DNA of 59,205 nt from an uncultured Anaerolineales bacterium (GTDB taxonomy: Bacteria; Chloroflexota; Anaerolineae; UBA7937; B3-Chlor), in the NCBI GenBank assembly GCA_964347945.1, contig CAYGAW010000053.1:1-59205 (forward strand), read 5' to 3'. Made by a program: the position numbers and the translations under genes. How positions within the stretch are numbered: position 1 is the stretch's first letter; each line of letters begins with the position of its first letter. Below are positions 1 to 8,225 of this stretch, piece after piece. The notes beneath the pieces are model-generated. The model was given only the letters and a program-made list of their open reading frames with translations. It had not been told where the DNA came from and did not search any database.

Positions 1-202
1 GCCAAGCCCCATCCCTTGACGCCCGCTTTCAATAGCTGCATGATCAACTCCAGTTTGCCTAAGTGCTGGCGCCAACCACCTCAACAGCAAGGTAGCGCCT
101 TCGGTAGGCGAGCAAGTAGACCGGCAGGCCAAACGGGCCGAAGAGAACGACGACGAATGCCCACAGCACGCTCGTGCTCCAGTCTGAACCTTGGCAGCCA
201 GC

Positions 203-517
203 CTACTCCCCGAGGGACATCGAGCGCACAAGTAGCTGCAATAGCACTCCCTCCAATATGAAAACAACAATAGGAAGCAATGTAGATACCGCCAAGCTGC
301 GCATGATAGACCGGGTATACGGCCACTCGGGCGCCTCTTTGACTCGATTCTCGACTCCGACCCAGGCTGAGAAGGAATCCAACAGCGCTGCCACGCCCTC
401 TATCTCCCCGCTCGCCACCCGCTCCTCCAACGCCGCTGATGAGGCTCTTAGACTGTCGCGCACGACTCTCAGTTGCCGCTCCTTGGCTTCGGCCATGACC
501 CTGTGAGTGTCGATCAT
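203..517 (-). CDS. small membrane protein (helical N-terminus plus TM), ended by a TAG inside what looks like a PLD_nuc_N-type two-TM module
   Basis: ORF track 203..517. ATGA start/stop overlap with the upstream ORF at 514..517. The same frame stays open through 59..202 and encodes SVLWAFVVVLFGPFGLPVYLLAYRRR. Confidence 0.4.
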   Translation of the reverse strand: MIDTHRVMAEAKERQLRVVRDSLRASSAALEERVASGEIEGVAALLDSFSAWVGVENRVKEAPEWPYTRSIMRSLAVSTLLPIVVFILEGVLLQLLVRSMSLGE

Positions 518-1295
518 ATAAAGAACACTAGCACCGGCGCCAGGAAGAGCGGGATGTAAATGATGATGGTCTCGACAGTTATCGTGTACGGGCGAGCAAA
601 GACCACACTCAACGTGGTGCCGGCGATGAGGGCAAAGGCGATGGTCAGGCTCCAGCGCCCGATGGCTTCCAGGGGCTTCAGGTTGAAGATATCGATCTCC
701 AGCCGGCGACTGGCAGCTTCGTGAAAAGCCTGGTACCGGAAAGTGCGACGTAGATGAACCAGCCTGTCAAGCCAAGACCCAGCGCCCCGGTCAGCAGTAG
801 GTACAGTCTTACCCAGAATGGGAAGAGGTTCGACCAAGAACGAGTGAGCGCCAACGCAGCCACCGCGCTGATGCCCAGAGCCAGCCACTCTCTGCGTCGG
901 TTGAAGAGGGGCGCCTCGGCCACAAGTTGCCGATAGTTGTCATCACTTTTCGGCACCAGCGGTCGAAAGGCCTTGATGGCGCTATCGCGTGATCGTCTGA
1001 GGACTGCCTGAATCGACACGAGGTACACGATGATCGCCGGGAACAGCATGAGGGTCCGCCATAGAGGAACATCGAGCGGCCACGTCAGCAGACCGTCCAG
1101 GTACATAGCGCCAGCCAGAATCAGGATCAAGACCAGGCCCACCGCAACTGTTATCTGGAGCCACGACAGCCGGCTTCGCTCTATCAGGTCCTCTATCAAG
1201 GTGGAAGGGGTGGTGATGCTGGTGGTTATTGTGGCCGCTTTTTCCGAATCAGTCCTCACTCTCTCCTCCATCGTAAGCCTTTTGGCCGGCAGCAC
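514..1295 (-). pseudogene. polytopic membrane protein of unknown function, split over two frames (678..1295 and 514..~745)
   Basis: Both ORF pieces contain TM-like hydrophobic runs. One extra T in the minus-strand T4 run (plus-strand AAAA 724..727) joins ...ALSGTRLF to HEAASRRLEIDIFNLKPLEAIGRW... Confidence 0.4.
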
Positions 1296-1495
1296 CCTGG
1301 TATGGGCGGTACTCTAGGGCGTTGTACTCCCTGGTTCACCCGGCACAGCTGCCTGTTCCGTTTGCCAGTTGTCGGCCAGAGAGCATGGATGTTTGCCTAG
1401 CACTGCATCGCTCCTCTGATGGCCTTCCTACTTGGCGGGCCGCCGCCGACGACTTGCCGTTGTGCAGTGGCGCTCGGCCTGTTAGCCGCCATCCT

Positions 1496-1771
1496 TCAGG
1501 CCTCTTGTGCGCGATCCTTCGCCTCAAACCGGTCAAGCATCTCGCGGCACATCTTCGTCGTTTCTTCTCTCTGCTCCGGGTGCATCATGCAAGGACAACA
1601 CTTCATCATCTCGGACATCCGCTCCTCCATGAAGCAACCCACCTCTTTGGCACGCATCTTCCCACAGCACTGCTCCATCATGGATGGCATCGCATCCATC
1701 CACGACCGCATGTCCTCTGGGTCTATGTCGCCGAACATCTCCTCCATCCACTTCGGCATCACGGTCTGCAT
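1496..1771 (-). CDS. small Met/Cys-rich protein (91 aa, 18 Met, 7 Cys), possible metal-binding protein
   Basis: ORF track. Motifs MMEQCCGKM, MMKCCPCMMHP. Third codon positions are mostly G/C, like neighbouring genes. The SD is weak. Confidence 0.55.
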   Translation of the reverse strand: MQTVMPKWMEEMFGDIDPEDMRSWMDAMPSMMEQCCGKMRAKEVGCFMEERMSEMMKCCPCMMHPEQREETTKMCREMLDRFEAKDRAQEA

Positions 1772-2130
1772 CCTTTTCTCTTCTAGCTACTTTCTCTCAC
1801 CGATACTGTCAGGTGGGCCAGCGGCATTGAAACGCATTGTACAGCCCACATGGCAATCTGGCAACCGTCAAGAGTCACGTGCTATCCAGTCGATTGGTGC
1901 TTCCGGCAGGTGCACCAGCAAGTCGTACCCGGTCGGGGTCAATCGCACCTGTATACGGCCACAGACGTCCGCCGTGTCCCATAGTCGATCTCCAAGTCAC
2001 CCACGGTGAGCGATGCTCGTGTTACGGTCGACGTCTGAGCTGCGCGCCGCATCCCCGGTCGCCTCCAGCGAGTGGTTAGGCAGCAGACTCATTGAGAATT
2101 CCGAGTGATTGCAGTTCATGTTGCTGTGGT

Positions 2131-2952
2131 CTACTGTGGTTGTCGCACAAGCGTCCTTCCAAATCTCGCGACCACGATAGCAGCAGGAATCCACAAGACG
2201 ACAGCATAGACCGCAAACCACAGCGTCCCTTGCGCTGGCGAGATTGCTTCAGGACCAAAGATGACCAAGAAACCGGATGAACTTGCGTGTGTGAGCTGAG
2301 CGAGCAATAGGCTCCCGGTGTTGGAGTATATCCAAACTAGGAGAACCCGCATGGCCGTCATGGCCACGAACCACATGGCGATAAAGCGGGGCACCCAATA
2401 TACGCCATAGATGCCAGCCTCGCCCAAGTAGCCAGCCATCGCGTGCCATAATCCGTGGAGGAGCCCCAAATAGATCGTGGCGCGCCAAGTACCGGATTTC
2501 TTTTCCATCCTCGGGAAGGCAAATCCCATCCATCCGATTTCTTCGATGAAACCGGCCAGCAAGCCGAGTAGGATGCCAATGGCGATGAAGTTGGGGGCAA
2601 AATCTGGGGAGACAAGGATGGTGAGTGACCAGAGGACCCCCAGGATGAGCACGGGAAAGATGAGGAGCGCCACTGCGTACCAGCGCAGACTGATCCGCCA
2701 CTCGAGCACTCGTGAAAAGAGACCTCGAAGCCCTATCTTCCCATCGACTAAATAGGTCATTGCGATTCCTGCAATGAATGGCCCAGCCAGCATCAGTGGT
2801 CCCATGCGCATCGCATCCTCGAGCCCCAGTAGTTCTCCGCGTAGGAACTTCGGCCCTCCGATCGCAAAGCTGCCACCCCAGGATATTAGGTAGGCAAGGA
2901 TGAAGTAGCTGGCAAGAGGAAAGCGTTGAATAAGTGACTTGATCTTCATCAC
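2131..2952 (-). CDS. CPBP family intramembrane glutamic endopeptidase (CAAX protease/Abi-like)
   Basis: Multi-TM protein with the CPBP motifs FIEEIGWMGFAFPR (EExxxR) and LLHGLWH (FxxxH-like), plus a third His region LAQLTHAS. Confidence 0.85.
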   Translation of the reverse strand: MMKIKSLIQRFPLASYFILAYLISWGGSFAIGGPKFLRGELLGLEDAMRMGPLMLAGPFIAGIAMTYLVDGKIGLRGLFSRVLEWRISLRWYAVALLIFPVLILGVLWSLTILVSPDFAPNFIAIGILLGLLAGFIEEIGWMGFAFPRMEKKSGTWRATIYLGLLHGLWHAMAGYLGEAGIYGVYWVPRFIAMWFVAMTAMRVLLVWIYSNTGSLLLAQLTHASSSGFLVIFGPEAISPAQGTLWFAVYAVVLWIPAAIVVARFGRTLVRQPQ

Positions 2953-3271
2953 ATATCTCCTTTTTCAGAGACAAGAAGGCCTCGAAAAGGCCCACAGGAA
3001 ACCATGGCAAGGTTGGAGCTCCTATGTACGGTTTCGATGGCTAAGAAAACTCCCAAATGCCGCCCAACTATTGAGTATATGGATTCCACCTCTACCTCTG
3101 GTTTCACCATCATAGACAGAATCCGCTTGTCCCACCCCACTGGTTGCCATTGCAGGGTTTTTCCGGATAACAGCCCTCCCTACATCTCCTCTCCGGAATC
3201 TTTGTGAGGTTGGCAAGTAGGCCCACTATGTAGCGGAATCACAAGAAGACAACGCGTCCTGGAGGGACACG

Positions 3272-3599
3272 ATGCAACTTACTGACAAGAAACCGCTCGG
3301 CCAGGTGCGTGACGCCATCCGCCTACCGTGCTATCGAGTCCACTGGTGCTCCCCACACGCTAGACAGGCGTCGGCAAACTCCCATCGCTTGCATCTCAGC
3401 CGCGGTACGACTTGAGGGCGTACGCCGCCCCAACTGTCCCGGCCTCGCCGCCCAGTCATTCCATCACGCCATTGCCGAGCTCGCTTCCCCACCCGCTCGT
3501 CTCGCCGGTCCTCCTTGTGCGCGTGCACTCTGGTGCCTATATCAGATCCACTGGGGTGAGACGGCGCGGGCCACTTCCAGTGATCAGCTTGCAACTTAG
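3272..3599 (+). pseudogene. decayed N-terminal fragment of a tyrosine recombinase (integron-integrase-like SAM-like N-domain)
   Basis: ATG 3272 sits behind GGAGGG and reads MQLTDKKPLGQVRDAIRL (cf. LLDQVRDAIRLKHYS...). After a +1 shift, ORF 3309..3599 reads ...SFHHAIAE...ARALWCLYQIHWGE (cf. FLTHLAVE...QALxALLFLYRxVLG). It is cut off at the cysK stop and no catalytic domain is present. Confidence 0.3.
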
Positions 3600-4532
3600 C
3601 TACGCATCCTCATCGAAGAGAGGCGTACTCAGGTACCTCTCGCCCGTGTCAGGGAGCACAACCACGATGAGCTTGCCCTCGCTCTCCTGCCTTTTCGCCA
3701 CTTGAAGCGCGGCGAAGGCAGCGGCCCCGGAGGAAATCCCAGCCAGAATGCCTTCTTCTCTGGCTAGGCGGCGAGCCATAGCCCTGGCATCCTCATCCTC
3801 CACTCTAATCACTTCGTCCACGACGCCCAGATTCAGGACTTCAGGGACAAACCCAGCGCCGATCCCTTGGATCTTATGAGGCCCAGGTTCACCGCCGGAT
3901 AGAACAGGTGACTTGACAGGCTCCACAGCTACAGCCTTGAATCCGGGCTTACGAGGCTTCAGCACCTCAGCCACGCCAGTGATCGTGCCTCCCGTCCCGA
4001 CCCCAGCAACCAGGATATCAACCTGTCCATCAGTATCCTCCCAGATCTCCTCAGCGGTTGTGCGACGGTGAATCTCAGGGTTAGCCGGATTCTTGAACTG
4101 CTGGGGGATGAAGTAGCGAGCATCATCAGCCGCCAGCTCCTCCGCCCGCCGTACTGCACCTGGCATGCCCTCGCTGCCGGGCGTCAGGATGAGCTCTGCT
4201 CCGAAAACGTGCAGGAGCTTCCTGCGCTCAATGCTCATCGTGTCCGGCATAGTCAACACGAGCTTGTAACCCTTGCAAGCACACACGAAAGCCAGGCCGA
4301 TTCCCGTGTTCCCACTGGTCGGCTCCAAGATGATGGTGTCCTCTCCTATCAATCCCTCAACCTCGGCAGCCTCGATCATGCTGAGACCTATTCTGTCCTT
4401 AACGCTGGATAAGGGGTTGAACGACTCCAGCTTGGCCAGCACAGTGGCTTCGAGGCCGACACCGATCCTCCTCATCCGCACCAACGGCGTGTTGCCGATC
4501 GTTTCTGTAATGTCTTCGTAAACTCGTGGCAT
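3600..4532 (-). CDS. cysK: cysteine synthase A (O-acetylserine sulfhydrylase)
   Basis: [11 protein letters not shown] (PLP lysine) and [10 protein letters not shown] motifs. Start set at [10 protein letters not shown] (ATG 4532) behind a GGAGG. Confidence 0.95.
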   Translation of the reverse strand: MPRVYEDITETIGNTPLVRMRRIGVGLEATVLAKLESFNPLSSVKDRIGLSMIEAAEVEGLIGEDTIILEPTSGNTGIGLAFVCACKGYKLVLTMPDTMSIERRKLLHVFGAELILTPGSEGMPGAVRRAEELAADDARYFIPQQFKNPANPEIHRRTTAEEIWEDTDGQVDILVAGVGTGGTITGVAEVLKPRKPGFKAVAVEPVKSPVLSGGEPGPHKIQGIGAGFVPEVLNLGVVDEVIRVEDEDARAMARRLAREEGILAGISSGAAAFAALQVAKRQESEGKLIVVVLPDTGERYLSTPLFDEDA

Positions 4533-4545
4533 CCTTGTGCCTCCC

Positions 4546-5511
4546 CTAGTATCCAACCTTGTACTTCAGATCTGGCTCCTTGATCATCACCACGGCTTTG
4601 GGCGGCACGGAATGCGTCAACCAAACGCTCCCACCTACGACCGAGCCGGCACCAACGACTGTGTCACCGCCTAGGATAGTCGCACCTGCGTAGATGATCA
4701 CTCCGTCCTGTATAGTCGGGTGACGCTTGTATCCTCGCTCGAGAGAACCGTCGGGCGCCCTCCGAAATCCATAACCGCCCAGAGTGACTCCCTGATAGAG
4801 GGTAACGTTGTCGCCGATTTCCGTCGTCTCACCTATCACCACTCCAGTCCCGTGATCGATGAAGAAGTTCGAACCGATGGTCGCCCCTGGATGAATATCG
4901 ATACTGGTTATGCTGTGAGCATATTCCGTCATCATGCGGGGGATGAAGGGTACTTCTTGCAGCCACAGCTCATGAGACAGCCGATAGATGGTAACGGCTA
5001 ACACCCCCGGATAGCTGAGGACGATCTCTTCTAGGCTTCTGGCAGCAGGATCCCGGTCAAAGGCTGCCTTGACATCGCCCATCAGCACCTTGCGCAGCGC
5101 TGGGATCTTCTGCAAGAATCTCGTCGCCTGCGCCTGACCCAACTTCCGGCATTGGTTGCATAGCTCGCCAGACTCAATGCAGCCATGACGTACACTCAGG
5201 GAAACCTGCACCGACAGCTTGTTGAATACTTGCAAGGTCTTGTCGCGCACGTAGTCAGCAAAATCGCCCGGATCTGAATCCCGCTCTCCAAAGAATCCGG
5301 GGTAGATCAGGTTCCGCAGATCTTCGAGTAGCTCGGCGACTTCACTGCGAGAAGGGAATGAGATCGCGCCCCCATCAACAATGCTCTCCTGGCAGCTCTC
5401 CAACATGGCATCAACCGCAGCAGCCAATTCCTTCTTGGAGCCTCTAGTTAGGTCAAACTCAGTGTCCAAAACTCCTCCCATCGACGGTGTGTCCAGTTCC
5501 TCTCCTTGCAT
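4546..5511 (-). CDS. cysE: serine O-acetyltransferase
   Basis: Left-handed beta-helix hexapeptide region [51 protein letters not shown]. 14 nt upstream of cysK. Confidence 0.9.
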   Translation of the reverse strand: MQGEELDTPSMGGVLDTEFDLTRGSKKELAAAVDAMLESCQESIVDGGAISFPSRSEVAELLEDLRNLIYPGFFGERDSDPGDFADYVRDKTLQVFNKLSVQVSLSVRHGCIESGELCNQCRKLGQAQATRFLQKIPALRKVLMGDVKAAFDRDPAARSLEEIVLSYPGVLAVTIYRLSHELWLQEVPFIPRMMTEYAHSITSIDIHPGATIGSNFFIDHGTGVVIGETTEIGDNVTLYQGVTLGGYGFRRAPDGSLERGYKRHPTIQDGVIIYAGATILGGDTVVGAGSVVGGSVWLTHSVPPKAVVMIKEPDLKYKVGY

Positions 5512-5645
5512 GTAACCTCCTCACGAATCAATCCAGGCGGTTGGCGCCCCCCACCAGTGTCCTCCTGTCGCGGAAACAGTCCACGGCGCAAAGCAATCCT
5601 CCTGCGCAATCTCACGCGGTGAAGTCTGCGCTGCAGATTGGTGCT

Positions 5646-6080
5646 CTATGCCATTGACGAGGCAGCCTGCTTGCTGTGGACGCGACGGGCCAAGTCCTCA
5701 AGCGTAGTGGATTCTAGTATGTCCATGCAGGCGCGATGCATCTCAGCGCACACCTCCTGCGTGACGCAGGTATCCCTCCTGTCGCACGCCTCGGAGCCAG
5801 TCACGCACTCGACGAGACCCTTCCTTGCTTCGAAGATGCTGTAGATCTCTCGCAGCTTCATCTGAGTGGGGTGTCTGGCGAGTCTGTGTCCTCCTGGGAC
5901 GCCGCGCACAGTCCTGATCAGGCCCGCGGAGCGAAGGGAGACCAGTGGGTGCTCCAAGTACTTGCGGGAAACCTGCTGGCGGGCGCCTATCTCCCTGGCG
6001 CTGACTACTCCGTCATTATAGTTCAGAGCCAGATCCAGCATAGCTCTCGTGCCATAGCGAGTCCTGATGCTAAGTTTCAT
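5646..6080 (-). CDS. Rrf2 family transcriptional regulator (CymR/IscR-like) with a Cys cluster
   Basis: N-terminal wHTH MKLSIRTRYGTRAMLDLAL...REIGARQQVSRKYLEHPLVSLRSAGLIRTVRGVPGGHRL. Cys-rich stretch CVTGSEACDRRDTCVTQEVC. First gene of the cysE-cysK cluster. Confidence 0.9.
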   Translation of the reverse strand: MKLSIRTRYGTRAMLDLALNYNDGVVSAREIGARQQVSRKYLEHPLVSLRSAGLIRTVRGVPGGHRLARHPTQMKLREIYSIFEARKGLVECVTGSEACDRRDTCVTQEVCAEMHRACMDILESTTLEDLARRVHSKQAASSMA

Positions 6081-6112
6081 TATGGTGTCCTAATCCTATA
6101 GGTATAGTTGAA

Positions 6113-6142
6113 ATTCTGCACTACAAGAGCCGTACATGTCAA
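6113..6142 (-). promoter_or_regulatory. candidate sigma-70 promoter for rrf2-cysE-cysK (TTGACA-18-CAGAAT)
   Basis: Minus strand TTGACA (6137..6142), 18-nt spacer, CAGAAT (6113..6118). The palindrome CCTATAGG (6094..6101) lies between it and the SD. Confidence 0.4.
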
Positions 6143-6265
6143 GCGGTGGTCTCTTGACGAGTAGTCGAGTCCGCCTCTCGCTGGAGCAGCAGCCCAGCGG
6201 CGCAGACCGGTTCCCATTTCGCCCCTTTTGCGCTTTCCCAAGCAACTGTGATAGCATGTTATGAA

Positions 6266-7078
6266 ATGACCGAGCACTTGACTGGTCAGCCCGATGTGAA
6301 CATCGAACTGGTAAAGGACTGGCTGCGCGAGGCAGGAAGGATCGCGCTGAGCCATTTCAATCGGGTGGAGGGCACCTGCAAGCCGGACCGATCGCTGGTT
6401 ACCGACGCCGACTACGAGATAGAGGAGTTGCTGACAGGCTATCTGAGAGCCACCTATCCCCAACACGGAATCATCGGAGAAGAAAAGGCCAATGATGTTC
6501 GTGGCGATTGCGTCTGGGCCATCGACCCGCTGGACGGCACACGATCCTTCTTGGCTGGCCTTCCCGTATGGGGCGTCTCCATCGGCTTGCTGTGGCGATG
6601 GGAGCCGTGGCTCGGCGTGTTCCATATGCCCTTACTCGACGACTGGTACTACAGCGCCAGTCCCACAAGTGGTGCCTTCTGGAACGACCAACCGATCCGG
6701 TGTCCAGCTAGGGATGAGTGGGACGAGAATAGCCTGCTTTGCGTGCCCTCTGACATCCACCGCCGCTATGACATAGATTTCCCTGGGATAACACGTGCCC
6801 TTGGCAGCACTGCGGCTCATCTCTGCTTCGTGGCCCGTGGAAATGCGATCGCCATGCTCATGGACAACCCTGGCATCTGGGATATCGCCGCTGGCGCTGC
6901 CATCCTCCTGGCAGCCGGCGGCACCCTGCGCTTTCTGGGCGGCACGGGGGTCGACCTGCAAAGTTTGCTAGAGGACGGCACATCCCAGCAGCCCATTCTG
7001 GGAGCGCATCCCCTACTCATCGATCGCATCGCGCATCGCATCAGGCCCAGAGGCGCAGCCGACCACACCGCACACTGA
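6266..7078 (+). CDS. inositol monophosphatase family protein (SuhB/IMPase-like)
   Basis: WAIDPLDGTRSFLAGLPVWGVSIGL signature. The ORF opens at GTG 6248; the first in-frame ATG is 6266. Confidence 0.85.
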   Translation: MTEHLTGQPDVNIELVKDWLREAGRIALSHFNRVEGTCKPDRSLVTDADYEIEELLTGYLRATYPQHGIIGEEKANDVRGDCVWAIDPLDGTRSFLAGLPVWGVSIGLLWRWEPWLGVFHMPLLDDWYYSASPTSGAFWNDQPIRCPARDEWDENSLLCVPSDIHRRYDIDFPGITRALGSTAAHLCFVARGNAIAMLMDNPGIWDIAAGAAILLAAGGTLRFLGGTGVDLQSLLEDGTSQQPILGAHPLLIDRIAHRIRPRGAADHTAH

Positions 7079-7204
7079 TCACTTCGCCCTCCTGGCGCGC
7101 CCTGCAGCCCGTTCCCAGGGCCAGAGGCTATTCACCGCCGCTTGCTCTGTCCTTCTGTTCGAGGCTACAATGGCGCACAGGGTAGCATCCCAAGGGAGGT
7201 ATTG

Positions 7205-7894
7205 ATGGTTGGAGCGTTCTTCGACGTCGTAGGCACGATCTACAAAGGAGCTTTCTGGAGGGACATCTCTCAGCATCACCGAGAGCAGAAGCGAAACCGC
7301 TTCTGGGTATGGGCCTATGTCATTTGGCACATGGCTGGTTGGCCGCTCAACTTGGCAGGGCTGCTCAGCCAGAAAAGCTGGTACGAAGCCTGGGCCCGCG
7401 ATATGGGTTGGCTGCTTCGCGGCTTCACGGTGGAAGAGGCACAGGAGTTGTTCGACTGGATCACCGATGAGCGGTTCGTCCCCGATCTGCGCTCGGACAT
7501 CATGGATATCTTGCGTGATCATCAGTCCAAGGGTCATGTCGTCGCGCTGGTATCTGGTAGCCCCCAGCGCCTGCTGGATATGATCGCCTCCCGCTTGGAA
7601 ATACAACACGCCGTGGGGACTGCGTTCGAAATCAAAGACGGCCGGTATACCGGCAAGATTGCCGGGCCACTGGTTATGTATGAGGGCAAGATGGCAGTGC
7701 TGCAAGATTTCGCTGCCCAGAATGCCATCTTGATTGATTGGGGAGACAGTTACGCATACGGAGATAGCCGATCCGACATAGAACTCCTCAAGAGCGTCGG
7801 CCATCCTGTGGCAGTGTACCCCGACGAACAACTGAAAGGGCTCGCCCTGGAGAGAGGCTGGAAGATCATCGGCGAGCGTGAGCCCCGAACTTAA
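7205..7894 (+). CDS. HAD-IB family hydrolase (SerB-like fold) with an atypical motif I
   Basis: VALVSGSP...GKxxxL and GDSRSDIELL motifs. Start at MVGAFFDVVGT (ATG 7205) behind GGGAGG. Motif I reads DVVGT rather than DxDxT. Confidence 0.8.
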   Translation: MVGAFFDVVGTIYKGAFWRDISQHHREQKRNRFWVWAYVIWHMAGWPLNLAGLLSQKSWYEAWARDMGWLLRGFTVEEAQELFDWITDERFVPDLRSDIMDILRDHQSKGHVVALVSGSPQRLLDMIASRLEIQHAVGTAFEIKDGRYTGKIAGPLVMYEGKMAVLQDFAAQNAILIDWGDSYAYGDSRSDIELLKSVGHPVAVYPDEQLKGLALERGWKIIGEREPRT

Positions 7895-8099
7895 CCCTTC
7901 CATTCGCACTTGACAGCCTGGATCCCACACCCTTCGTCACGATGGTTGGGGTCTTTCTTCTTCTGCCTCAATCATACGGCATTCCCCTCCTCCACGAATA
8001 TGCACTGTGGTCGCCGTCCGACCCATCCTCTGAGAAATGTGAAGCGCATAGTCTCATCGCGATTTATCTTCATAGCGTCGCCACCCCTCTGCAGAAGCC

Positions 8100-8128
8100 T
8101 TGACAGGCCGGGCGCGAGCACGTATAAT
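8100..8128 (+). promoter_or_regulatory. consensus sigma-70 promoter TTGACA-17-TATAAT
   Basis: TTGACA 8100..8105, 17-nt spacer, TATAAT 8123..8128, about 95 nt upstream of the GTG at 8226. Confidence 0.6.
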
Positions 8129-8225
8129 TGCTGACGCCGAGACGTTCAGTTGGACAACGGCTGGTCAGTCGTTGGCTCCCCTTTCTCTGGCACTTCTTCT
8201 GGGTTCGCGCAAAGGAGGATGTTGA

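Noticed and set aside
7079-7930. 283-aa minus-strand ORF
   Set aside because: It is antisense to the HAD-IB hydrolase gene, which carries the family motifs and an SD.
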